A stretch of DNA of 64,000 nt, from the NCBI GenBank assembly GCA_046582655.1, contig JAYGDX010000016.1, positions 93,565-157,564 on the forward strand. Reading direction: 5' to 3'. The DNA is from Candidatus Poribacteria bacterium. GTDB lineage: Bacteria; Poribacteria; WGA-4E; UBA9662. Shown piece by piece: positions 1-9,702 of the stretch (the stretch's first letter is position 1; each line of letters begins with the position of its first letter). Position numbers and translations under genes: made by a program. The notes beneath the pieces were generated by a model that had not been told where the DNA came from, made no database searches, and saw only the letters and a program-made list of their open reading frames with translations.

Positions 1-136
1 GTTGGAAAACGGAGATGAAGACTTTTAAGTCACTCCGGAAGGACACAAATCAGGCATTTTCGATAAGCCAAATAAGGTAAACAATGTTGTCGAAGATGAT
101 ACTTATCAAGATGTTAAAAGCCTTGGGTTGTTTTAT

Positions 137-583
137 CTAAAAGCAAATATTGTAGATTTCTGCATTATCGGGCTGCATCTTAATTGCCTCTTGGTAGGCT
201 GTAAGTGCTTGTTCTAATCTCTCCTGTTTTTGCAATGCGATACCAAGATTGTAATGAGTCTCCGCATCATCAGGCTGCAGTTTAATAGCCTGTTGACAAG
301 CTTGCACAGCCTCTTCTAATTTCCTTTGTTTGATGAGGGCAATGCCTAGGTTATTAAAGAATGATGATTGTTTTGGATCTACCTTTGTCGCTTGGGTAAT
401 CAGTTCAACAGCAACTTCGTACTTTTTTGCTTGGAGGGCAACAACACCCAAGAGATGGAGAGCCTCAGCATCTTGGGAATTTATCTGAAGTATTTGTTGA
501 TATATTTGTTCTGCCTGACGTACTTGACCATCTTGATGAAGTGAAATGGCTTCTGTCAATTTTTCTTTAACATTTACTGGCAA
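137..583 (-). pseudogene. TPR-repeat protein, C-terminally truncated paralog of 614..2545
   Basis: About 4 TPR units (EALHLLGV, FFNNLGIAL, THYNLGIAL). The N-terminus aligns with the upstream TPR protein. It ends mid-repeat (AEIYN-ICF*). Confidence 0.65.
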
Positions 584-613
584 GGATATACCATATGATT
601 AGATTTGTGGTGG

Positions 614-2545
614 TTACATTGTTTGTTCTATTGCACAGTAGTCTAATATGTATTGATTCAGTTCCAAACTGACCTGTTGAAACACATCCGACCAATCATT
701 CATACGTGTCTGTCGAAACAGCTTCATCGAAGAATACCAAGGCGTATCTTCTCTTTTCAACATCCAACGCCAGTCTGGGACGTAAGGTAGTAATGTCCAG
801 ACTTTTTTCCCCAAAGCGCCAGCCATATGTACCGTCGTATTATCTATTGATATGACTAAATCTAAGGTTGATACCTGTGCCGCGAAATCATCCAAATTTT
901 TTAAAGGGTCTATTTCCCCATCTAGATAGATCGAAATGTTACTCTGATCGGAAGTATACTCTTCAATTTCCTGCCTAACGTCTCCATATTGTAAATTAAT
1001 AAAAAAACAATCCTGTTTCGATAGAATGGGCTTCCAATTCTCTAAGGAAGTGCTCTTTGTATCCGCCCTTGTTTGATCTATACTGGTACTTTTCCAAGAG
1101 ATGCCGACCAATATTTTCCCATCGGCCAGCTTCCGGTATTTACTTCTTATTTCTGGGGTTTTCTCCGGACAAACATATAGGTAGAAATTTTTATTGGATA
1201 AAAAGCTTCTTTCCTCGGTTCTGAACCATCGACCTAACCCACCCATTGGAACATGATAATTGATATTACTATTTAGGAGTCTTGGTTGGGTAGGATTTTC
1301 TTGAGGTACAAAGTCAATTTGAGGAAAGGAGCGCTGGAATAGAGGAATCAGTCTCCGCTCACATTCGATGATGGTATCAGCTTTAGTTTTCAACAGATCT
1401 TCAAAGATACTGGCAAACATAATTTGATCGCCAATACCTTGTTCCGCCCAAACCAAAATGGATTTTCCTTCAATATTTGAACCATTCCAAGCCGGTTGAG
1501 GGAAAATCCTGTTTTCAGTTAGAAAATCGTCACATTTATCTCGCCATTCATAATGTTTCCAGCCATCATCAAACTCACCTTTTAACAGTAGTGATATGCC
1601 TAAATTTTTATGTGCTTCGGCGAACTGTGGATTGATTTTGATGGCTTGATAATAAGATTGGACAGATTCCTCCAGCTCTCCCAGTTCTTGGAAGATGACA
1701 CCAAGATTGTTATGGGTTTCGGCGTTATCAGGTGCAATCTCAATGGCCTGCAGATAGACTTGAATCGCTTGGTCAAATTTTCTCTGTTTTTTAAGGAGAA
1801 CACCAAGATTGTTGTAAGGATCAATAAAGTTAGGTTGAAATGCAATAGCTTGTTGATAAATCTGAACTGCTTGATCGAATTGTTCTTGCTCCTGCAAGGC
1901 TAAACCCAGATTATAGTGAGCTTCGGCATGACTTGACTGAAGTTCAATAGCCTGTCGATATGCCTGAGCCGCTTGTTGTAACCTTTCTTGTTTATGCAAA
2001 GTGGTGCCAAGATGGTAATACATCTCAGCGTCATTTGGATGATGTTCGATGGCCCGACGAAAAACCTGAATCGCCTCGTCTAATTGTCCTTTTTGTTGAA
2101 GAAGTTTGCCAAGATTATAACAGGCCTCTATATTGTCAGGCTTAATCTCAATTGCCCACCGGTAAGCTTGAATAGCCTCATTGAGCTTATCCTGTTTTTG
2201 TAAGACAATCCCCAGGTTATTATGCCCCTCAGTAAATCGAGGATTAATCTCAATAGATTGGTGAAATGCTTGGACTGCCTGGTCTAATTTCTCCTGTCCT
2301 TTTAGGACGAGACCCAAGTTATTAAAGAATGAATACTGAGTTGAATCTATTTTTATAGCTTGGGTAATTAAATTAGCGGCAATCTGATGTTCTTTCTCTT
2401 GATAAGCTATAACCCCCAAGAGATGAAGAGCATCTGCATGTTGTGGTAAGACCTGAAGTATTTCTTGATATACCTGTTCTGCCTGATGTAACAGATTAGC
2501 TTGGTGGAAAGCTATACCTTCCTCTAATTTCTGATCAATTTTCAT
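614..2545 (-). CDS. TPR-repeat protein with C-terminal GT9-like glycosyltransferase domain
   Basis: About 9 TPR repeats (NNLG/YNLG), followed by WAEQGIGDQIMF, VGISW, NLQYG, DLVISIDNTTVHMAGALGK and PDWRW, typical of TPR-glycosyltransferase proteins. Confidence 0.85.
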   Translation of the reverse strand: MKIDQKLEEGIAFHQANLLHQAEQVYQEILQVLPQHADALHLLGVIAYQEKEHQIAANLITQAIKIDSTQYSFFNNLGLVLKGQEKLDQAVQAFHQSIEINPRFTEGHNNLGIVLQKQDKLNEAIQAYRWAIEIKPDNIEACYNLGKLLQQKGQLDEAIQVFRRAIEHHPNDAEMYYHLGTTLHKQERLQQAAQAYRQAIELQSSHAEAHYNLGLALQEQEQFDQAVQIYQQAIAFQPNFIDPYNNLGVLLKKQRKFDQAIQVYLQAIEIAPDNAETHNNLGVIFQELGELEESVQSYYQAIKINPQFAEAHKNLGISLLLKGEFDDGWKHYEWRDKCDDFLTENRIFPQPAWNGSNIEGKSILVWAEQGIGDQIMFASIFEDLLKTKADTIIECERRLIPLFQRSFPQIDFVPQENPTQPRLLNSNINYHVPMGGLGRWFRTEERSFLSNKNFYLYVCPEKTPEIRSKYRKLADGKILVGISWKSTSIDQTRADTKSTSLENWKPILSKQDCFFINLQYGDVRQEIEEYTSDQSNISIYLDGEIDPLKNLDDFAAQVSTLDLVISIDNTTVHMAGALGKKVWTLLPYVPDWRWMLKREDTPWYSSMKLFRQTRMNDWSDVFQQVSLELNQYILDYCAIEQTM

Positions 2546-2805
2546 CGTAAGGTGTTCTAGATCAAGATTCTAGTTATGGCGATGACAGAAAATAATCTTG
2601 CTTACATTATATAATACTATTTCTTTGCATTAATGGTTTTTGTGCTGGTGACCGCAGGTTGGAATAAACTGATCGCAACGGTGTTGGCTTCGGAACTATC
2701 CGGAACATCAGGTGTCAATCTATTTCAGTATTCAGTTTCGTAAATCAGCCGTTTATGTTAAGTTAAAGATTATAGTAATCTAAAAACTCAGGTTAACCAA
2801 AGAGT

Positions 2806-3924
2806 GTGATGGGAAAATTACTTGCATATCCGACTTATGAATCAATAGACGTACGGCCGTTAATTAACTGCCAAGGAACCTATACTATCATTAGTGGATC
2901 CATTATTCTGCCTGAAGTTCGCCAGGCCATGTATTCAGCCTCACAGCAATATGTACATCTTGAAGAATTAATGGAAAAGGTCGGCTCTCGGATTGCTGAA
3001 TTGATGCAGTGTGAGTGGGGATTGGTAACCAATGGTTGTGCTGCCGCTTTGTGCCAAGTTACTGCGGCTTGTGTGGCTGGAACTGATCCTGGGCACATCG
3101 TCCGACTTCCTGATACAGAAGGGATGAAGAATGAAGTTATCGTTCAGCCTTCACATCGACATGTTTATGACCACGCCGTACGTATGGCTGGCGTAAGGAT
3201 AATCGAGGCCGAAACAATAACAGATCTCCAAGCCTCAATCAGCGACTCAACTGCGATGCTGTTGATATTTGGAGATGCTGCTGAAAGAGGGAAGGTCACC
3301 GTGCGGGAGATGGCTGATGTCGGTCGGCAATACGGAATCCCGACTTTCGTTGATGCTGCTGCTGAACGTCCGGACATCCCAAACTGGTATCTTGAACAAG
3401 GCGTAGATGCTGTTGCTTATAGTGGTGGTAAGTGTTTACGTGGTCCTCAGGCTTCTGGTCTCGTCTTGGGACGTAAAGACCTGTTGCAAACTGCTTTTCT
3501 TCATGGAGCACCGCATCATTCACTGGGCCGACCAATGAAAGTTGGTAAAGAAGAGATTATGGGACTTCTGGCAGCAGTAGAGCAGTGGATGAAACGGGAT
3601 CATCAAGCGGAATGGCGAGAATGGGAGAGGCATTTAGATCTAATTGGCAGTGTCATGAAAGAGTTTGATTCTGTCACTACATCCATTCGTCAGCCGGGTA
3701 GATCCAACGTGGCACCGGTACTCGAAGTCAGCTGGGATATTGAAGCGCTAGGAATCACTGGTACGGCGGTGGGAGAGCAATTATCTTCTGGTAAGCCGCG
3801 TATTGAGTTATCAAACCGTGAGAACGGCATCTCAATTATGCCTTATATGATGGAAGAAGGCGATGCTGAGATCGTCGCTGACCGATTGCGGTTCGTAGTG
3901 AATCAACTCATCGAGCTGAATTGA
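2806..3924 (+). CDS. SelA-like PLP-dependent enzyme (DgaE / D-glucosaminate-6-phosphate ammonia-lyase-like)
   Basis: Motifs INCQGTYTIISGS, VTNGCAAA, VDAAAE, YSGGK (PLP lysine), GPQASG and GRPMKVGKEEI. At 372 aa it lacks the N-terminal domain of true SelA. The start may be the ATG at 2809. Confidence 0.8.
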   Translation: MMGKLLAYPTYESIDVRPLINCQGTYTIISGSIILPEVRQAMYSASQQYVHLEELMEKVGSRIAELMQCEWGLVTNGCAAALCQVTAACVAGTDPGHIVRLPDTEGMKNEVIVQPSHRHVYDHAVRMAGVRIIEAETITDLQASISDSTAMLLIFGDAAERGKVTVREMADVGRQYGIPTFVDAAAERPDIPNWYLEQGVDAVAYSGGKCLRGPQASGLVLGRKDLLQTAFLHGAPHHSLGRPMKVGKEEIMGLLAAVEQWMKRDHQAEWREWERHLDLIGSVMKEFDSVTTSIRQPGRSNVAPVLEVSWDIEALGITGTAVGEQLSSGKPRIELSNRENGISIMPYMMEEGDAEIVADRLRFVVNQLIELN

Positions 3925-4019
3925 AACATTAGAGATTGGATTCGGCTTGATTCGTCTGTAATCAGATTGATCAAGACATATTTATTGTTAGCAGCGTTCT
4001 TCGATTTTGCAATACGATA

Positions 4020-4939
4020 ATGATTTCTATTTAGGAAGCAACTCTCAATGATAATCTAGAACTCCTTGCGCTGACGCAGGCAACTCCGATGAATGGAGTA
4101 ATCTCCCTACGAATTGACAGATCACCTGCTTTTTTCAACTGCTGAAACTGCGAGGCGCCGGTAAGGTTTTTATTGCGAGAGCAGATGGCCGTATTGTCGG
4201 GTGCATTTCGGTGGCGTATCGATCGGTATTTGTGGACGGCAAACCTCAACGAGTCGGTTACGTAGGTGATTTGAAAGTTCATCCATCATTCCAGGGAAGT
4301 CGCGTTGCTCTCAAATTAACGCAGGCACTATTTGGCTACGCGATGAGACAAGATGTGGATCTGTATTTTTGTGTTGTTGCCAGTGGAAATGAAAAGGCAT
4401 TTTCATTTCTGCAAGGCAGACTAGGGATTCCACCGTTTCAATTTGTAGGTCGGTTTCGCGTTTCTGAGATTTTGACTTCAACCTAACCGATTATCCAGTA
4501 AGTCTTACGAGATTGAAGATACCAACGTGGACGATATCCATGAGGTTTGTCGGTTGTGTAATCAATTCAACACTTCGTATCAATTTGCCCCAGTACTAAC
4601 CGAAAGTGATTTTCTCTCTTCCATAAATCCCGCCGCGTCTAGTTGCCAAAAATCGGTGAGGAAATACGGATGCTTTATCTCCGTAACCTTGCCTTCAAGA
4701 ATGGTCATCAGCAAGCACTACGGTATCTGCTTCAACGTGTTCGAAACGAGGCATTTCAGAAAGGATATGTTTTCATCGCCATCGGAATTCATGAACATGA
4801 TCCATTGCAGTTTGTAGTTCGCTGGCTACCCAAATTCACCTTCGTCTCACATTGTTTTGTCACAAGTACTCACAACAACCAAGACTCGCTAACCAAAATC
4901 GTTTCGGGTATCCCCATGGAGGATTATGCGCTGGTATGA
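4020..4939 (+). pseudogene. GNAT-family N-acyltransferase, interrupted (gene 1 of the ADO/AAR/BtaA operon)
   Basis: Reconstructed as MISI*EATLNDNLELLALTQATPMNGVISLRIDRSPAFF / ...GRIVGCISVAYRSVFVDGKPQRVGYVGDLKVHPSFQGSRVA (acyl-CoA motif A) ...VASGNEKA / ...EDYALV*. It has an early TAG and several frameshifts or stops. Its stop overlaps the next ATG (ATGA). Confidence 0.7.
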
Positions 4940-6572
4940 AACAAGGAAACTTGAAGGCGCAATTGGAGATTGCTACTGAATGGGCGATTGCGCTTCGGTA
5001 TGAAGACATCCCTCAGCGTGTATTGGCTGTTGCGCGGCTTCAGATTGCAAACATACTGGCTGCCATATTAGCAGGGTCCCAAAGTCGTGCTGGGGTCCGA
5101 ACGAAGGCAAGCTTTGAACGAACACTTGCACTGGGCCCATGCACGTTGATCCCTCATGGGGACCGATGTCCCATCTTTGATGCTGTTTATCTTCACGCTG
5201 TGTACGCCACAATGCCTTGGAACTAGATGTCTACCTATATCGAGGACATCTGGGACAAACCGTGATTCCTGTTCCTCTTGCGTTGGCTGAGGCATTCAAC
5301 CTGGATGGTAAAGCGATACTTACAGCACAAGTTGCTGCGAATGAACTGGCAGGAAGACTTGGGGCCGCCATAACTTCGGAGTTGTTGCACGGACATCAAA
5401 GGTCATATCTTCAGAGATTTGCAGCTGCAATTTGCGCTGCTAAACTACCTTCTCTTAATCAAGAATGTTTTGCTGAAGCGCTGGCAATTGCAATGACACA
5501 ACCTAAATATCCGCTTCACGTTGGTGAGTTTTCTTCCGACACGAAAGTGCTTTCCGCAGCATCGTCGGTTGTAGAGGGAACGCGAAGTGCATTTCTAGCA
5601 TCGGAAGGAATGACTGGAACGAGGAATATTCTTGAACACCAAGGTGGGTTCTATCGGCAGTTCACCCTCCATCGAAATACACCACAGCCTTTTCTGCAAC
5701 TGGGTGAAGCTTGGGTCACAGAGACACTTGCTTTCAAGCGATATTCTGCTTGTGCTTACGCACAGGGAGCAATTGACTGCATTCGAGTGCTTTCCCATGA
5801 AAATACCTTTGAGATCTCAGAAATCAAGAAAATCGAAATTTTCACAATGATCACTGCGCTAGTAATGGAGCATCTAGCAATCCCGCACTATAAAAGCCTA
5901 TTTACACCAGTAAACGTCCAATTCTCTGTAGCAAGATCTGTCGCCATGGCACTCTTCTACAAAGATTTGCGTGGCTATCATTTTACCCCTGAAAACTTTG
6001 AAAAAGCTCTGCCAACTATCAAGAATCTGTCAAAGCAAACCGACTCTAGACACGATTGGAAGTTGACCATCCAACTTCTCAGAGGAGTAGACGATGGGAT
6101 TATTGAAGGCAGTTCGAAACACTCAGCAGGCATGCTGGAGTTTTATAGAACGTCCCCAGAATTTCGCAGGCGTTTCGTTACTATGCAATCTTTAGGTTTC
6201 AGAGATATTCCTGCGCTGCTCGCGCTCGATAAAAAAGATCTCGTGTTTTTCCTGAATCGCTTCGCTCGCGGATTTCATTCCAAGGTGCGTCCGACACGTG
6301 TTCGTGGCCCATTAGGCGATCTCAGCAAATTGTCATGGCGGATGGGTGCACGAGTCAAGTTGACACTGGCATCTAAGGAAGTCATCGAAGCAGAAACGAT
6401 TCTTCCTCCAGCATAACAGGTGATCCCCGACGAACTGATAATGGTCAGAGAGAAAATCAAAATCGAAGGTACTCCCGTTATTGGTGAAGAACCAGTAACG
6501 AAACTTTTTGAAAAAATTATGAAACTTGAATCGACGTCAATCAAAGAATTGATGTCCCTTCTACATGTTTAA
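4936..6572 (+). pseudogene. MmgE/PrpD-family protein, frameshifted (gene 2)
   Basis: LRYEDIPQRVLAVARLQIANILAAILAG (4936-5210); frameshift near 5210; ALELD..GHLG, LALAE, ELAGRLG, GMTGTRNILE..GGFY, FKRYSACAY, QFSV; second shift near 6410; C-terminal helix ends at TAA 6572. Confidence 0.8.
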
Positions 6573-6587
6573 TCTAAGGAGATTTTC

Positions 6588-7330
6588 ATGAATACAAGTC
6601 TGGCGAAATCCTCTACTACCGTAGATCGCTATTGTGCAGTGTTTGCCGATATTCTTTCTCAAGCTGTAACGGGTGGGCTTGTTGGCATGCAGAATTTCGC
6701 GTCGATGGTTGAGTTATATGACGATGTGGAAGAAAAGATTGAAGCCGTTGAACACACGGAAAATGAAAAATGTCATGCCGTAACATTTGAAAGTGTGGCC
6801 GAAGAGCTTGGCGTTTCAATTATCGTTAATCTTGAAGCTCCGTATTGGAAGCAGATTCGTTCAGCTTTCCTACACTGGGCGAAACAAAAGGATCTGACAG
6901 CATGTATTCTTATTCAGGAGGTTATGCTTGAATCCTTCGCGGTTTCGATGTATGGCGCCGCTAGTGATGTAGCCAAGGGAAAGAAGCTGTCACGGGTGTT
7001 AAATCCATCGCTGCTGAAGAAGCAGAACATCTTGAGCATGCTACAGAGTTGCTCTGTCAAGAACATGATCATGATCCCAATGGTTTTGAAGAAAAAGCTC
7101 GCCGTGTCCACGAAGATGTCATGCCAGTTCTAGCTGAAATGGTTGCTAAGGAGGATAGTCAGGGTATTGCGGTTTATGCAGCGGTGAATGTGAAAAAATC
7201 GCTTCATCATGTTAACTTGGATATGGTGACTTTACGTGGAAAAGCTTTAAACTATTGCTTAAGAATTCTCGATCGCATTGGATTGCCTAGTGAAAGGACG
7301 CTCGAATGGGTTGTGAACCTTCCCGTTTAG
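6588..7330 (+). pseudogene. Fatty aldehyde-deformylating oxygenase (ADO)-like ferritin/diiron protein, frameshifted (gene 3)
   Basis: RBS AAGGAG at 6576-6581. Motifs ENEKCH (ExxH) and ACILIQEVMLESFAVSMY (cf. ADO TCLLIQSLIIECFAIAAY). After a 1-nt frameshift near 7000 it reads KSIAAEEAEHLEH (second ExxH) and ends ILDRIGLP (cf. ALENIGF). Confidence 0.8.
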
Positions 7331-8410
7331 ATTTTGCCCTGATCGGACACTTGGAAAGTTGGGAAAAGATAGCCAACGTTATGTGTCACCTGCGGGACCC
7401 AAAATGCGGAGAACTTTCCATGGAGCAGATTCGCGAAATCGTACCGTGGATTCCACCACGAGCCACCTGTCGGATCACAATCCGGTCGCATCTGTCCGAC
7501 GAATCAGTATGGGGGATCTATATTGACACCTTTATCACACCCAATGAATTGCGTTCACAGTCTTTCAAAAAAAATTTGGTGAAGGTTCAACCAAGCTTCG
7601 CAGTATGCTATTCGCGCGGGTGCTCGCGTCGCTGCATTGGGCGGATTTACATCGATTGTACTCGAGGGAAGCAAGGCGATTCTATCGCAAAATGCGCCGA
7701 CTATTTTTACAACAAGCAATACCCTTACCGTCGCATACATTGTCAAAGGAGTTGAGGAGGCAATTCGTTTGCGCGGTCGGAAGTTAAATGATTGTGGCCT
7801 TCTCATCATTGGTTCAACTGGCGATATCGGATCAGGATGTACGTACTATCTGGCTGACAAAGTCAAAGCCTTATTCCTTTGTGCACGGAATTCGGATCGG
7901 CTCCAAGTGCAACAGCGAAGACTTTGCAACCTTCAAGTCGAGAGCCATGTCGCTACATCTCCAGCAGAATTCCTTCCTGTAGCTGATATTGTCATCTGTG
8001 CAGCGAGCGTTGCTTCTCCTGCCTTTTCGCTGAGAGCTTGTAAAACTGATGCGGTGATTTGTGACGCGGGCTATCCAAAAAACATTCAACCCACTTTGGC
8101 AAATATGATAGGAGAAAGTGTGTTTTTCGGTGGGATGGGCAGAGTTCTTGGCGGCTTGCAATGTGAACCAGATCTACGTCAGGCTTGTTATGGATACCCA
8201 CTTCTGAATATTGCGCATGGATGTATGCTTGAAGGGGTACTTCTCGCATTAGAAGGACGTCATGAAGTGTTCTCACAAGGAAGAGGAAACATTAAGCCAA
8301 CACGAGTTGAGGAAATTTGGCAACTCGCTCAAAAACACAGCTTCGTGCTTTCTCCCTTCTTTAACCAGAGAGGACTGTGGGCAAAGCAACCAAACGACGA
8401 AGAGGTATAA
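7306..8410 (+). pseudogene. Long-chain acyl-ACP reductase (AAR)-like, single frameshift (gene 4)
   Basis: Motifs FALIGHLES, PP, GIYIDTFITP, AALGGFTSI, FTTSNT, IIGSTGDIGS, LCARN, DAGYPKN, HGCMLEG (catalytic Cys position) and FSQGRGNI, collinear with cyanobacterial AAR. One extra base near 7591. Confidence 0.85.
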
Positions 8411-8413
8411 GCC

Positions 8414-9521
8414 ATGAAAAATGTAGACAAAGGGCAGGTGGAGCTTTCTGAACTGCTCTTTTCCCTCAGCTGGAAGGACCCAAACTCAGATCGTGAAGCC
8501 TTACGTATATTGCCCACAGATGTTCTCCTAACCATAACATCCGGAGGGTGTAACACCCTTGGTTTTCTCTTGCAAAATCCCAAGATCCTTTACTCGGTAG
8601 ATATTAATCCATCACAGTCGTATCTCCTTGAGTTAAAGATTGCTGCTATGCGCTGATTAAGCTTTTCAGAATTTCTGGAATTTCTTGGCGTCCGTCAGAC
8701 AGACAAACGCTGGGACATGTTTCAAGGAATTCAGGGAGAACTGGGTGAAAGCGCATCCTTGTTTTGGCAATCGAAAAAATTGTGGATTCAGAAAAAGGGT
8801 ATTGGACAAAGGACGTTACGAAAGATTCATTGCACTTGCCCGAATCTTCCTCCACACTGTGCAAGGCCGAAAACGCATCGAAGGCCTCTTTGCCAGTCAT
8901 ACCCTTGAAGATCAGCAACATTATTTTGACACCATGTGGGATACTCGTCGATGGCGATCAATCTTCAAAATCTTTTTTAATAAAAAGGTGCTTGCCAAAC
9001 GTGGCCTTTCGCCGGATTATTTCCATTTTGATGATGGAACCGAATCATTTGCCGAGAGCTTTTATCGCCGTTCAAAGCATGCAATGACAGAATTACCGAT
9101 TGAAGGCAACTATTTTCTCTCTCAATACCTGTTGGGTCGATACCAAACAGAGATGGAGATCCCAGATTACCTTCGTCTCGAAAATTTTAAAACGATCCAA
9201 AGTCGTCTGGATAAGATACAAATCGTCACAGCTGACGTCAAGAAATGGTTGGCTAGTCGGGAACCAACTTCCATTGATTGTCTAAGCCTCTCCAATATTT
9301 GTGAATTGATGAGTATTGAAGAAACAGCGACGACATTTGAAGAGGTGTCACGCACCGCACGAAAGGGGGCGTGGATCTGTTTTCGAAATCTAATGATTCC
9401 AAGAACTGTTCCGGATTCTTTGTCCAATCAGATTGAACGAGATGCTGCTTTAAGCAGCCAGCTTCATCTCAATGACCAATCGTTTGTTTATTCAAGAGTA
9501 GACGCGTTGCGGGTTGGATAG
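8414..9521 (+). pseudogene. btaA: BtaA/DUF3419-family SAM-dependent 3-amino-3-carboxypropyl transferase, interrupted (gene 5)
   Basis: Motifs SWKDP (WED), ITSGGCNTL, SVDINPSQSYLLELK, GRYE, NYFLSQYLLGRY, PDYL, LSNICELM and DQSFVYS. In-frame TGA at 8654-8656 and a frameshift near 8790. Confidence 0.8.
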
Positions 9522-9629
9522 TTGATAATTCTTTTCAACCTTTTTAGGAGAAAAGTTATGCAACCGAATTAATCCGCACATATGCAAGGGCTAAAGTGTT
9601 GTCAACATCCAAAGGTCAGCAATCAGATG

Positions 9630-9658
9630 TTGACGGATGAAGCAGAATATGCTAGTTT
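9630..9658 (+). promoter_or_regulatory. Putative sigma70 promoter for the exonuclease gene
   Basis: TTGACG-N17-TAGTTT with an extended TG. The -35 lies in the right arm of the inverted repeat GTCAACATC-N16-GATGTTGAC (9601-9634). Confidence 0.4.
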
Positions 9659-9702
9659 TTGGTTCAGATTTCTTGATCAAGTCTCCGAAATAAGGAGAAA
9701 GT

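Noticed and set aside
1600..2545. Periodic DNA similarity as a CRISPR array or DNA repeat
   Set aside because: It reflects 34-aa TPR coding repeats. There are no identical repeats with spacers and no cas genes.
2806..3924. Selenocysteine synthase selA serving the UGA selenoprotein
   Set aside because: It is too short and lacks the SelA N-terminal domain. The motifs fit the DgaE-like SelA homologs, and there is no selB, selC or selD nearby.
2806..3924. Membership of the PLP enzyme in the ADO/AAR operon
   Set aside because: It is separated by about 95 nt and is intact while all five downstream genes are broken. A link is possible but unsupported.
8654..8656. In-frame TGA in btaA as selenocysteine
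   Set aside because: There is no redox motif context and the gene also has a frameshift. It is most simply a nonsense mutation such as CGA to TGA.
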